DNA of 64,000 nt from a virus. Its lineage: Duplodnaviria; Caudoviricetes. The DNA lies in the IMG/VR virus record IMGVR_UViG_3300021387_001758, positions 1-64,000 of that record; one strand, written 5' to 3'. A model generated the notes under the pieces. It ran no database searches, was not told the DNA's origin, and worked only from the letters and a program-made list of their open reading frames with translations. This document shows, in pieces, positions 29,500 to 38,953 of the stretch. Each line of letters begins with the position of its first letter. The stretch's first letter is position 1. A program made the translations under genes and the position numbers.

Positions 29500-30690
29500 C
29501 CCTCTTCTTTTTATTTTATACGTATACTTAGACGTATTAGAATACGTTTGAGTATTATTTTTTTAACTTTTAATAGGAAAATTTGACTTTTTAAGTCAAA
29601 TTATTAATAATTTTAAACTTTTTTAAAGAAAAAATTTGATTTTAGTCGATGTGTGCGGCACCCACCTATTTCTGACCATACCAACTTCTTTCATAATCCT
29701 CCAACTCCTTTCAAAACCCCTCAACTTCTTTCAAAAACACGCAACTTCTTTCATTTTCCCCTTCTGAACTACCCCCTTCTCCGAGATCTACTGCGCAGGA
29801 CCACCGCCCTCCCATGCCCCGTGGCAGTCTACCTCCCTATAACGTATTACTAAACTTCTACTTATACGTAAACTTATACGTAACAACCCGTTACCAGCTG
29901 GGTTATCCTTAGTCGTATACGTATACTTATACGTAGACTTATACGTTTTACCGTTACCCTTTTCCTACCTTTTTCGTTACCCTTTTCCTTATCCGTTTAC
30001 TTATCCTTTTTTGTTACCTTTTCCGGTACATTTCCCGTTATCCTTTTTCGTAAACCCTTTCCCGGTACCTTAAACATATACGTATACGTATACGTTTATC
30101 GTATTCGTTTTCGTAGAGGTAGAAAATAAAAAAGCTCCTTCCGCTAGAGGAAGAAGCTAAGTTAATCGTAGTAGTTGACCGTTACGGCTCCCTTGTTTTT
30201 CCCCACCGTTGGTGGTAAAACCTGCGGGAGCTTCACAACTAGTAGAAGGTTTTTAGATTTGAGGTACCTTAATATTATACGTTTATACGTATAAGTATAT
30301 GTATACGTATATTTATATTTTTTCCTTATACGTATAATAAGTGATTTTAGTTAAAAGAAGCTACAATTTTTTTCGTAAAACTGCGCGAGTCCGAAATTTT
30401 TCTGCAAAATTTTTTGGAAAATTTCTGCAAAATTTTTTGGAAAATTTTTTGGAAAATTTCTGACGCTGGAAATTTTTTGGAAAAAATTTTTTTGGAAAAT
30501 TTTTTGGAAAATTTTAAGCCAGGGAAATTTTTTGGAAAATTATTTTCCCAAAATTTTTCCCAAAATTATTGATATACGTAGACTGCGCGCTGTCAAAAAC
30601 CTACTGATTTTCCCAAAATTTTTTGGAGAATTTTTTGGAAAATTTTTGATTGCGCGCAGTCGAAATAAAAAAGGAAGCTACAAAGCTTCC
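29500..30690. repeat. Non-coding low-complexity repeat tract at the strand switch
   Basis: TATACGTA(TAC) repeats ~29860-30340, CCGTTA/CCTTTTT repeats ~29950-30070, GGAAAATTTTT repeats ~30400-30650. Confidence 0.8.
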
Positions 30691-30691
30691 C

Positions 30692-30874
30692 TTAAATCAA
30701 CCCGTATTTAACTACTGAATCTTCAAAGAGTTTCATAAACCGGTAGAACTTTCCGATCTCACTTTCATTAAAAATAAGTTCAACCTGTCTTGTCTCCTCT
30801 GGAGAAGTAGCAGTCGCGCTAATTGATAAATCATAACTCCCATCGGGAATTTCTATTGGTACTAAAATTTTCAA
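30692..30874 (-). CDS. Hypothetical protein
   Basis: 60 aa, overlapping operon. Confidence 0.45.
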   Translation of the reverse strand: MKILVPIEIPDGSYDLSISATATSPEETRQVELIFNESEIGKFYRFMKLFEDSVVKYGLI

Positions 30875-31083
30875 TTTAACAATCTCCTTTCTTCTTCCTC
30901 ATCTTCCATTGATTCATCATATACTATTATATAAGAGGAAATAATTACATATCCGTCATCTTCATAATAATTATGAATATAAGCTGCGGCACTTGGTAAA
31001 TCTCCTGCGCCGACTACTCCTCGCGCGTTATAAATTTTTCCCTCTTCTGACAGCATAGTTAGATCATATGCAAAGTATATCAT
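30871..31083 (-). CDS. Hypothetical protein
   Basis: 70 aa, coupled. Confidence 0.5.
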   Translation of the reverse strand: MIYFAYDLTMLSEEGKIYNARGVVGAGDLPSAAAYIHNYYEDDGYVIISSYIIVYDESMEDEEEERRLLN

Positions 31084-31309
31084 TCATTAGTTCTCCTTTT
31101 TCTATCTGCATTACATAAGCTGGAATATCAACGCTTGCAAATTCTTCGCCACCTACGATAAATGCAATATCAAAAACGTATTCGAGAATTTTTTCCGTTG
31201 ACTTAAGATCGGCTTCATTTTTATTACCAAAACCATGAACAGCGATGTAATAAATAGCAGACAGCTTTTTACCGATTTCATTCTTATTTTTTTCAGAAAT
31301 TAATTTCAT
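31064..31309 (-). CDS. Hypothetical protein
   Basis: 81 aa with RBS. Confidence 0.55.
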   Translation of the reverse strand: MKLISEKNKNEIGKKLSAIYYIAVHGFGNKNEADLKSTEKILEYVFDIAFIVGGEEFASVDIPAYVMQIEKGELMNDILCI

Positions 31310-31321
31310 CGCTTATTCTCC

Positions 31322-31588
31322 CTATTCACCCCTCATATCTGCACCGCATACAGCACAATAATTTTTCACACCTGTTATATCCTGTGTATGCAAACACTCT
31401 GAACATTTGTGATAATCTTTTCCGTTACTGCCTTTTACCAGTATCCACTTACCTTTCTTCCGTCCCGATCGCGCGGGTGGTAATTCATCAATAACGTCGA
31501 TGACCGCATCTTTCCATGATACACGATGCTCTATATTCATATCCAAAATCGCATCAATTGTTTGCTGCCTGCTAATTGAATCATCCAT
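31322..31588 (-). CDS. Small phage protein with C-terminal CxxC...CxxC Zn ribbon
   Basis: GKW...YHKCSEC...KNYCAVCGADMRGE. Confidence 0.7.
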   Translation of the reverse strand: MDDSISRQQTIDAILDMNIEHRVSWKDAVIDVIDELPPARSGRKKGKWILVKGSNGKDYHKCSECLHTQDITGVKNYCAVCGADMRGE

Positions 31589-31839
31589 TAGTTCTCCTTG
31601 AAAGCCTTCCTAATATCATCATACTCCATCAATCCGTCTTCTTCACTAATGTAGACTAGATTAATTGACTCAATCTCCTGCTCTCCATAATAATTTTCAA
31701 TATATGTCATAGCTTCAGAAAGGGAAGACGCGCAAACAACTCCTTTTGAAGTAATCATACCTTTACCAGTTTCCTCAAAATCATATTCGCTGAAATGTGT
31801 TACCTCGTATTTAATAAACCACATTATTATTCCTCCCAT
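31588..31839 (-). CDS. Hypothetical protein
   Basis: 83 aa. Confidence 0.5.
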   Translation of the reverse strand: MGGIIMWFIKYEVTHFSEYDFEETGKGMITSKGVVCASSLSEAMTYIENYYGEQEIESINLVYISEEDGLMEYDDIRKAFKEN

Positions 31840-32534
31840 TCTACTTCTTCAATTTTTCGATACAAAATTCTAAAATTTTCTTTAACACTTCTATCAATAT
31901 GATAATGTCCACAATACCATTTCCCATAATTAGGACAATAGTACAAAATACTATTCAACATCTGACTTGTTTTGTCAGAACGATAGTCATTACCATAAAG
32001 ATACTTTTTATAATCTGTTGGCGCCGCATGAGTGATGATAAGATCTGGCTTAAAATCAATCTTTTCTAAGTTCTTTAAAGCATTATTGAACTCAGTTTCG
32101 TTAGGCTCTTCCTCTGGCCACCAGTTCTCACCTTCTGTTCGCCAATATTTATCCGTAGACTGCGCGCCACCAAAAGCAAACAGAGTTCTGCCATCTATCT
32201 CAAACACCTCTCCTCTCATAAGGTGAATTACGCTTCGCATTATACGATGAACTTTTCCACCATGCCATTTCTCTACGTCATATGCGGCCAGTCGTGGAAA
32301 ACATTCATGGTTGCCATCGACAAATAAAGTTGTCCAAGGCGCGCCGTCAAGCCAATTTAATAAATCCTGCTCTCGATCTGTCATTCCTTTATAATTAAAG
32401 ATGACTCCAAAATCTCCACAAATTATTAAATAGTCCTCTTTCGTGAGGTTTTTACCCTCACGAAAGGCGAACTCATACAACTTATCAAAATCTATATAAC
32501 TATGTAAATCTCCTGTAACAAATATCTTTGACAT
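31827..32534 (-). CDS. Calcineurin-like metallophosphoesterase
   Basis: GDLH, GDFG, GNHE, THAAP, GHYH motifs. Confidence 0.9.
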   Translation of the reverse strand: MSKIFVTGDLHSYIDFDKLYEFAFREGKNLTKEDYLIICGDFGVIFNYKGMTDREQDLLNWLDGAPWTTLFVDGNHECFPRLAAYDVEKWHGGKVHRIMRSVIHLMRGEVFEIDGRTLFAFGGAQSTDKYWRTEGENWWPEEEPNETEFNNALKNLEKIDFKPDLIITHAAPTDYKKYLYGNDYRSDKTSQMLNSILYYCPNYGKWYCGHYHIDRSVKENFRILYRKIEEVEWEE

Positions 32535-32538
32535 TATC

Positions 32539-33129
32539 CTAACCTATTACCATTATCAAACCAAATTCTTCATTCTCATTCAATACAGCAAACTCACTAA
32601 TTTCTGACACAGCTTCACTAAGCACATTACAGATATACTCAACAGAATTTCTATTTATATATCCAACATGACCATATTCTGCACGATCTTCTGCGCCCAT
32701 CTCGGCATATACTTCTGCTGGTAAAACACCTGAAAGCTCGTACTCGATTACATCAGGACTATAATCAGTTCTAATAAGCATTTCCATTTCATTATGAGTT
32801 AAGTAACCTCTAATAACAATATCATTAGGATCAACCCATACTTCACTCATAGGAAGCCACTCACAAAGAAGATAATTCCAACCAGCTCGCGCGCCTTTGT
32901 CAGCCTTATCATAACCAACAAGTTTCTGAAGATCAGCTGACGCGATAGATACATTTATACCGATTGCTTTTTCCTCAAAATCTTCCCAATGGATAAAACT
33001 TTTAGAACGGCAATACAAACATTCTACTTTGAACTCCCCATTTTTATCTTTGTAATAAGGACCAATGACGTCTACTGCGCCAGTTTCTTTATTTCTTTTT
33101 CCTGCATAGAACATATAATAAGTACTCAT
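32539..33129 (-). CDS. Hypothetical protein
   Basis: 196 aa with own promoter (~33140-33200). Confidence 0.65.
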   Translation of the reverse strand: MSTYYMFYAGKRNKETGAVDVIGPYYKDKNGEFKVECLYCRSKSFIHWEDFEEKAIGINVSIASADLQKLVGYDKADKGARAGWNYLLCEWLPMSEVWVDPNDIVIRGYLTHNEMEMLIRTDYSPDVIEYELSGVLPAEVYAEMGAEDRAEYGHVGYINRNSVEYICNVLSEAVSEISEFAVLNENEEFGLIMVIG

Positions 33130-33241
33130 AATTTCATCTCCTTTCCCTTTCTATATATATTATATCAAAAATTTCTAGAAAATTCAAAATACAAATAGGA
33201 GAGGGATATACCCCTCCTACCTTTATATCCCAAAATTCACT

Positions 33242-33688
33242 TTACCAACTCACCATAAGCCACACTTCTCCTTCTTTAAAGGCTTCACGAACTGCGGCAT
33301 CGGCTTCATACCAAAGAGCAACTGCATGAGCTTCCCAATCTGCACCGAGATAGTAGCTGCTACCCTCATTAAAGATTCTATCCATCGTATACTCTATAAC
33401 ATTATAGAGATCACCAGTCTCATCTTCCCAGTTACGATAGTTAAGAACAAAGTCACGGAAATCATCATTCTTAAAGTAAGGCTCAATTGCTTTATAAAAA
33501 GTATTCCAATCTTCTTCGGAAATGCGGAAGTTATATTCACTTCCATCAGTGATTTCTACGTTTTCCATGAAAAAATTGGCGATTGCCCAAGTTTTTCTTC
33601 CGTAGGCAAGTTCGCTTTCAAGTTCTTCCTCTATTGACATATCATGGATGTCTTTAGTCCTCTTGTAAAGTACAAGATCAAGTCCCAT
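33242..33688 (-). CDS. Hypothetical acidic protein
   Basis: 148 aa; hairpin at ~33195-33222. Confidence 0.65.
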   Translation of the reverse strand: MGLDLVLYKRTKDIHDMSIEEELESELAYGRKTWAIANFFMENVEITDGSEYNFRISEEDWNTFYKAIEPYFKNDDFRDFVLNYRNWEDETGDLYNVIEYTMDRIFNEGSSYYLGADWEAHAVALWYEADAAVREAFKEGEVWLMVSW

Positions 33689-33708
33689 ATTGATTAGTTC
33701 TCCTTTCC

Positions 33709-33918
33709 TTAAATTATCTTTCCTTTTTCATGTTCCATTACAAAAAAGAAATCTTCTAATATTCTTTCAAAGTCATCATCTTCTAAATAGTACAGATCCC
33801 CATGTCCTGAAAATACCTTAAGATTTTCAATAAGTTGCCCAAAGCGCCAGTCCGGAACCTTAAGCCAATAGTATTCAAGCAGTTCCATCAAATGGGGAAT
33901 TCGTGAAATGTTTCTCAT
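33709..33918 (-). CDS. Small phage protein (MRNISRI...PDWRFGQL)
   Basis: 69 aa; motif common in small Firmicutes phage proteins. Confidence 0.6.
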   Translation of the reverse strand: MRNISRIPHLMELLEYYWLKVPDWRFGQLIENLKVFSGHGDLYYLEDDDFERILEDFFFVMEHEKGKII

Positions 33919-33919
33919 T

Positions 33920-34123
33920 TTATATCTCTACCTTTCGCGCATTTGCTAAATCTAACATATCAAGTATATCTTTTAAAAGAAGCTGATCAGATGGGTGTAA
34001 TATATCTCTTGAATACTCATCAAACAGACACTTATGAACAAGAAGGAATTCTACTGGAGAAAACTCAACATAAACAGAATTCACACAGTCCTCATCATTT
34101 ATAGCAACCATAATTCTTTTCAT
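33920..34123 (-). CDS. Hypothetical protein
   Basis: 67 aa. Confidence 0.5.
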   Translation of the reverse strand: MKRIMVAINDEDCVNSVYVEFSPVEFLLVHKCLFDEYSRDILHPSDQLLLKDILDMLDLANARKVEI

Positions 34124-34461
34124 CTAAACCACCCTACTACAAAACGATAACCATCTTTATTTACAACTTCATAGTTGAAATTATCTTCATTATCTATTTC
34201 CTGCTTCTCTTCAATCATCTCAATTAAGTCAGCCGCGCGCACTTGTTCGTCATATTCATTAAGAACAACATACTCGCCAGTATCAACTTTCTCTTTAATA
34301 AACTGAAGAAACTCATTATAATCTTGAAACCATTCACAGCTGTGAAAAAGAAAGCGCCAGCCCGCGGAAGACTTCCCAATATGAATTGGTTCTTCTATTG
34401 TTGGTCTATTTTTTACTGCAAAATAATTTGTTCCCATCGCTTTCTCCTTTTTTAATAACAA
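34120..34461 (-). CDS. Hypothetical protein (MGTNY...IHIGKSSAGWRFLF)
   Basis: Likely start at internal MGTNY. Confidence 0.6.
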   Translation of the reverse strand: MLLKKEKAMGTNYFAVKNRPTIEEPIHIGKSSAGWRFLFHSCEWFQDYNEFLQFIKEKVDTGEYVVLNEYDEQVRAADLIEMIEEKQEIDNEDNFNYEVVNKDGYRFVVGWFR

Positions 34462-35072
34462 CCTGCATAATCTATGATAACGGGATGATCTCCTAAATAA
34501 CCTACGTTACCTTCATGAATATCATGAAGTCCCATACCATCACAAAACTCTAATAACTTAAAAACTTTCTCTAACGGGTAATATACACTAAAAAGATTTA
34601 CAATAACTTCTGCATCATCATAACACATACCACTATTATGGAAACGAGCATCTGATTCATAAACTCCACTAGAAATATCTGATGCAATTTCATTTTCATC
34701 TACAAATGCCTTTTCCATTAAATAGAAATCAATATTGTGGAATGTGCCACCTTTCCAACATTTAGCAAAGTACTCTTCAAATCCATCGCCTTCGGCGTCT
34801 TTAAAGAAGTTAACTTCTCTCTCGCTTGCACTTTCGGATTCATCAACAAAATCGAATTTAATAACCCAATCGAAATCATTAATAACAAGAACTCCTCTAT
34901 AACAACCGCTTGCAATATGAAGCCAATCTGTTTTAGGCGAGTTCATTTCAAACTCTAACCAATCGTTATTTTTCCCACTATCAATAAAATTTTCAAAATA
35001 GGCAGAGTCTTCGTATAAACACTCGATGATTTCATAAGCTCTATCATTAATTTCTGTTAATGTCATTCCCAT
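34452..35072 (-). CDS. Protein kinase-like fold protein
   Basis: SGCYR loop, VIK, HDIHEGN catalytic loop, IDY. Confidence 0.65.
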   Translation of the reverse strand: MGMTLTEINDRAYEIIECLYEDSAYFENFIDSGKNNDWLEFEMNSPKTDWLHIASGCYRGVLVINDFDWVIKFDFVDESESASEREVNFFKDAEGDGFEEYFAKCWKGGTFHNIDFYLMEKAFVDENEIASDISSGVYESDARFHNSGMCYDDAEVIVNLFSVYYPLEKVFKLLEFCDGMGLHDIHEGNVGYLGDHPVIIDYAGCY

Positions 35073-35159
35073 TGTTAACTTCCTTTCTATATACCTTTCC
35101 TATTTTCTATATATATTATAAAAGAAATTTTAAAAAAAATCAAATTAAAAAAAAGAAGG

Positions 35160-35435
35160 CTAATAGCCTTCTTCCAAGTCATAGTTAAGTTTTTCGAGCC
35201 TCCGTTTATCAGCTATGGGCGGATCATATGCCGGTCCGTACCAACCTTTTCTTTTCCGATTTGATTTGCTTGCGCACAGAGGACAGCTACAATGGATTTT
35301 ATTTTTACTGTACTGATGCAAATTGTCAAACCATTCCCAATTACTATTATTAGATGAATATAGCTCTTTTGCGAGCCTACGTTTACGGCGCGCCTTCGAT
35401 ACATCGTTATGGCGCCGTTCAGCTCTTGTTCTCAT
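35160..35435 (-). CDS. Small basic protein
   Basis: 91 aa Arg/Lys-rich with HCSCPLC. Confidence 0.6.
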   Translation of the reverse strand: MRTRAERRHNDVSKARRKRRLAKELYSSNNSNWEWFDNLHQYSKNKIHCSCPLCASKSNRKRKGWYGPAYDPPIADKRRLEKLNYDLEEGY

Positions 35436-35453
35436 AGGATACCTCCTATCTAC

Positions 35454-35927
35454 TTATTGAACTATGCCTTCCTTTAAATATTTTTTAAGAAATTCATTGA
35501 AGCAACCGCGATTACCAAAGAATTTCTTCATAAAACACATCGCAATTCCTTTTTCCTCATCGAACTCTTCATCTTCTGCGCACGTTACAGTTGTAACTGT
35601 TTTATCTTTCCACAGAATTGTGGTTGTACGTTTTTTGTAATTGAAAAAAACTCTATCAATTGGATCTTGCGGCCGCGCCTTAACTTTTTCTTTAGGTTTA
35701 TAATCTAAAATTCTTGCCAAAGCATATTCCCATTCGCTCAATGGTATCTTCACTTGTCCAACTTTTATACTATTCCAATCATTTACGTATATTGGGTCAG
35801 TGCTGTAGAATTCATACGGCATAATGTATGTGCCAGTGCCAGTACCTGTTGTATTATAAGTGATGGTGTCGCCAGTTCCGGTGGTATAAGTGATAGGGTC
35901 GCCCGTATTTAATGTTACTTTACTCAT
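35454..35927 (-). CDS. Hypothetical protein
   Basis: 157 aa; TTILWKDKTVTTV...FDEEKGIAM. Confidence 0.6.
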   Translation of the reverse strand: MSKVTLNTGDPITYTTGTGDTITYNTTGTGTGTYIMPYEFYSTDPIYVNDWNSIKVGQVKIPLSEWEYALARILDYKPKEKVKARPQDPIDRVFFNYKKRTTTILWKDKTVTTVTCAEDEEFDEEKGIAMCFMKKFFGNRGCFNEFLKKYLKEGIVQ

Positions 35928-35958
35928 AATTAATTCCTCCTTTTAACGCTTTTATATA

Positions 35959-37770
35959 TTAGAAAAGTTCATATATTGATGTCTTATCATCATTCTTTGG
36001 GGTTACTTGTAAGAAAGAAGCAAAATTAAGAACACTTTTAATTCTGATGTTGGCTATTAATAGCTCATAAAGTCCTGAGTTTTCAGGAGTTGGAGTCCAA
36101 CTAGTTTCATCATTACCTCTCCAATATTTTGTAAATTGGGGTGGCTCACCTGTATTGAAACGTTCATCAGTTGTTTTACCTCTTTTCAATCCTGTGATTG
36201 TTGTATCTGGTTGTTTCATTAATTTATTCGCTTTATAATCTTCATCTAACCTTTTATTATTATATAATCTAAGTATAATTTCACTAACCGGTATTAATTT
36301 GTCACCACCTAAAAAATAAAAAGTATTGGTATGCTCGGGTTTTAAGCCATCTTTTACATTAAAGTTTAAAGCTCTCCAAATATACTTTTCTACATAATCT
36401 TTTAAAAAGCCCTTCATATTACCAACTTGTGAAGCAATAGAAGCATTAAACTTATAGTTAGCTATACTTGTAACTATATCATCACCTAAATTTGGAGCAA
36501 TTAATCCTAAGTCAGTATTAACTTCTATCGAGTCATATCCTTCTCTATCTACGTTTTTAACTTGTAGACCAATATCTTGTGTACCTATATCAGCACCTAG
36601 ATCTACCATAATTTGATAATCGCTACGTCCTTGACCACGATTAACTTCCACACCGCCTTTACTACTTTGTTCTACTCTATCGCCAATTATATGTCCTAAT
36701 TTTCCATCGAACTCTTTATTAGCTAAAGACGCATAATTAAGCGCGACATCAAGAGCAAATTCTCCAGGATTACCTAAAACACCTTTTATAAGGTTATCTC
36801 CCTCAAAGAAGAAATCTGTATCTAATTTATTCCAAGCCAAGTCAAAAGCGTCTTTTAACATTCCATCATCAGATACTTCTAATCTTTGTAATAAAAAATT
36901 TTTTACTTCTTCTCTTGCTTGATTAATTTTAGCAATTACTTCTTCATTTCCTTCATCTTTAGCCCTTTTAATATCACTTTTTTTGAATTTACTAAAGGGC
37001 AATTCTTCTTTTGGTAAATCTTGAGTAATAGTTTGTGTGGTTGAAGTGTTTTTTGGTGCGTCAGTCGACACGGTTATACCTGGAATGATTTGTTTTGCAA
37101 AAACATCAGACTCACCTAACTCATCTCCCAACCATATAGCAAGCGCTTTTGTATTAGTAGAATCGGGATCAAATTTACTAGTATTATATAAGTGACTTCT
37201 ATTAAATGGGTCAAAATTACGTTCAAAATTTTTAGGTATACCTTTAATGTAATTAACAATCTCCTTCATAAGACCTACGTCAGCTGTATTATTAATACTT
37301 AAGGTCATAGTATCACTTTCAAAAGCAAAAGAGCTATTCTTCCCTTTTAATTGTATTTTCCCCGCAGCTTCTTTTGTAATCGTTATTTTATAGTTAACGG
37401 GTACAGAATTAGATGTTATTGTATAATCATTTTTTAAAGAAGCATTTTTTAATCGAGCTATCTTTTGACCTGCGCGATCAGCTTTATTAAAAATTTCTCG
37501 CATTTTCTCTATAAAAGTTTTATAATCTGTCACTCCAGGGAAAAATTTTTGATAAAAAGCTATTTCCCTTTTTCTCGCATAGTCAATTGCATCTTGATAA
37601 TCTTGAACTATCGAAGCTACATGAAACATAGATTTAAAACTTTCAGACTTATCGTTAAAATAACCCACCGCCCCAAAATAACTACTATTTGTATGTAATA
37701 AGCCGTTGTGATATAGACTCATTCCTTTTCCTCCAAAATAAAAAGGGTAACTTTTTCCAAAGCTACCCAA
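35959..37770 (-). CDS. Large hypothetical protein
   Basis: 603 aa open frame; no motif recognised. Confidence 0.65.
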   Translation of the reverse strand: MGSFGKSYPFYFGGKGMSLYHNGLLHTNSSYFGAVGYFNDKSESFKSMFHVASIVQDYQDAIDYARKREIAFYQKFFPGVTDYKTFIEKMREIFNKADRAGQKIARLKNASLKNDYTITSNSVPVNYKITITKEAAGKIQLKGKNSSFAFESDTMTLSINNTADVGLMKEIVNYIKGIPKNFERNFDPFNRSHLYNTSKFDPDSTNTKALAIWLGDELGESDVFAKQIIPGITVSTDAPKNTSTTQTITQDLPKEELPFSKFKKSDIKRAKDEGNEEVIAKINQAREEVKNFLLQRLEVSDDGMLKDAFDLAWNKLDTDFFFEGDNLIKGVLGNPGEFALDVALNYASLANKEFDGKLGHIIGDRVEQSSKGGVEVNRGQGRSDYQIMVDLGADIGTQDIGLQVKNVDREGYDSIEVNTDLGLIAPNLGDDIVTSIANYKFNASIASQVGNMKGFLKDYVEKYIWRALNFNVKDGLKPEHTNTFYFLGGDKLIPVSEIILRLYNNKRLDEDYKANKLMKQPDTTITGLKRGKTTDERFNTGEPPQFTKYWRGNDETSWTPTPENSGLYELLIANIRIKSVLNFASFLQVTPKNDDKTSIYELF

Positions 37771-37920
37771 AGATATATGTATAAAGCCACTACCAATGGG
37801 TATGACTTGAATTTAATTTACTCTATTATTAAGTAAATTAAAGAAAAGGAAAGTATAAAATTTTAAAAACTTTTTTTCAATGGAGCTGGTGGAGGGACTT
37901 GAACCCCCAACCTAGTGATT

Positions 37921-38506
37921 CATACCACTACAGTTTTCACTGCCACTAAAATGTTTGTGGTCTGGACTTTCTCTTAGCCATAGATTAATCCTTAGGCTCT
38001 CCCTGTAAAGTCTCTACACACGACTATTTGTCTTGCTCGGGATTAGCATATAATGAATATTGTTTACGGTCTTTTCTACCCTTTCCTTTATTCGCGCCTT
38101 TGTAGGTTGCGGTTAAAGAATGACAGTTAGGACACAAAACTATTAAATTATCTTCAGAATTATTTTGATAGTTACCATCAATATGTTCAATCTCTAATGG
38201 TAAAGTATTAGTAAAAGGATTAATTTCACCCCATCCGCAACGCGCACATTTATAATTATATTTCTCAAACAAATATCGCTTCAGATGTTCGGAAATGCCA
38301 TATTTCCCTCTTAATCCAGTTTCTTGACCTTTTTTCCAACGAGTTACCCATTGTTTATGTTGGTAATCCATTTGGCATTGATTGCAACAATATTTAGTTT
38401 GTCTACCAGTTAATTCTTTTCCGCAATTTAAACATTTCATTACTTAGCCTTCCCCGAATTAGGGGAGTGTTCACTTATAAGTTTCCTTATAAGGTTGCAA
38501 TAATTT
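37921..38506 (-). mobile_element. Group I intron with HNH ORF
   Basis: Follows exon U, ends in G; P AATTCGGGGAA, Q AATCCCGAGC, R GTGTAGAGACT, S AAGAGAAAGTCC. Confidence 0.85.
38024..38440 (-). CDS. Intron-encoded HNH endonuclease
   Basis: CARC...LEIEHIDGNYQNNSEDNLIVLCPNCH. Confidence 0.9.
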   Translation of the reverse strand: MKCLNCGKELTGRQTKYCCNQCQMDYQHKQWVTRWKKGQETGLRGKYGISEHLKRYLFEKYNYKCARCGWGEINPFTNTLPLEIEHIDGNYQNNSEDNLIVLCPNCHSLTATYKGANKGKGRKDRKQYSLYANPEQDK

Positions 38507-38547
38507 ACAAATCACTTGCGCTACCAATTGCGCCACACCAGCACACT

Positions 38548-38720
38548 TAAGGGTAAGCTAGCTACTTCCTACCCTTATGGTGGTTATTTTTACTCACTAC
38601 TTGCAGAGTACCTCAACCCTGGTTTTACCGACTCCAGGGGAAACGGGTGGCTGACTTTCGTAAAATAACCAAACTACTTGGGGAGCCACAACCTATCCCT
38701 AGCACAGACAAAAGTCCTAC
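38548..38720 (-). ncRNA. Candidate structured RNA between tRNA-Asn and tRNA-Thr
   Basis: 9-bp closing stem (38582-90/38662-70), inner CCCTGG/CCAGGG stem, extra hairpin 38548-38577. Confidence 0.4.
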
Positions 38721-38727
38721 TGGGTAA

Positions 38728-38802
38728 TGGCGGGAAGGATAGGACTCGAACCTACAACCTCGTGCTTAACAGGCACTTGCTCCACCATTGAGCTACCAAC
38801 CC
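38728..38802 (-). tRNA. trnN: tRNA-Asn(GUU)
   Basis: Cloverleaf, CCA; two U-U mismatches in acceptor stem. Confidence 0.85.
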
Positions 38803-38812
38803 ACGCTCAAGT

Positions 38813-38953
38813 CTATTCAGACTGCGCGCCTTCAAGATTTCTAATCTGTCTCTTCAGTTTCCTCACTACACCAGAACTCTCACCGTTCTTTCCGTTCGAC
38901 TGAAGAAGATGCAGCCTATGTTTAAGACCTTCAATAGATTTTCCCTTTGCCAT
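38813..38953 (-). CDS. Small basic protein (46 aa)
   Basis: Hand-translated MAKGKSIEGLKHRLHLLQSNGKNGESSGVVRKLKRQIRNLEGAQSE; AAGGAG RBS. Confidence 0.55.
   Translation of the reverse strand: MAKGKSIEGLKHRLHLLQSNGKNGESSGVVRKLKRQIRNLEGAQSE

Larger units (their letters stand above)
17100..29500 (+). repeat. Array of promoter-gene-terminator cassettes separated by conserved multi-motif spacers
   Basis: At least 25 TTGAC(A/T)-N17-TA(T/A)(A/T)(A/C)T promoters with A-tract UP elements; intrinsic terminators; recurring spacer motifs. Confidence 0.9.
37881..38542 (-). tRNA. trnT: tRNA-Thr(UGU) interrupted by a group I intron
   Basis: Exon 1 38542-38507, exon 2 37920-37881; spliced arm AGUGA-UUUGUAA-UCACU; CCA end. 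Confidence 0.85.
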
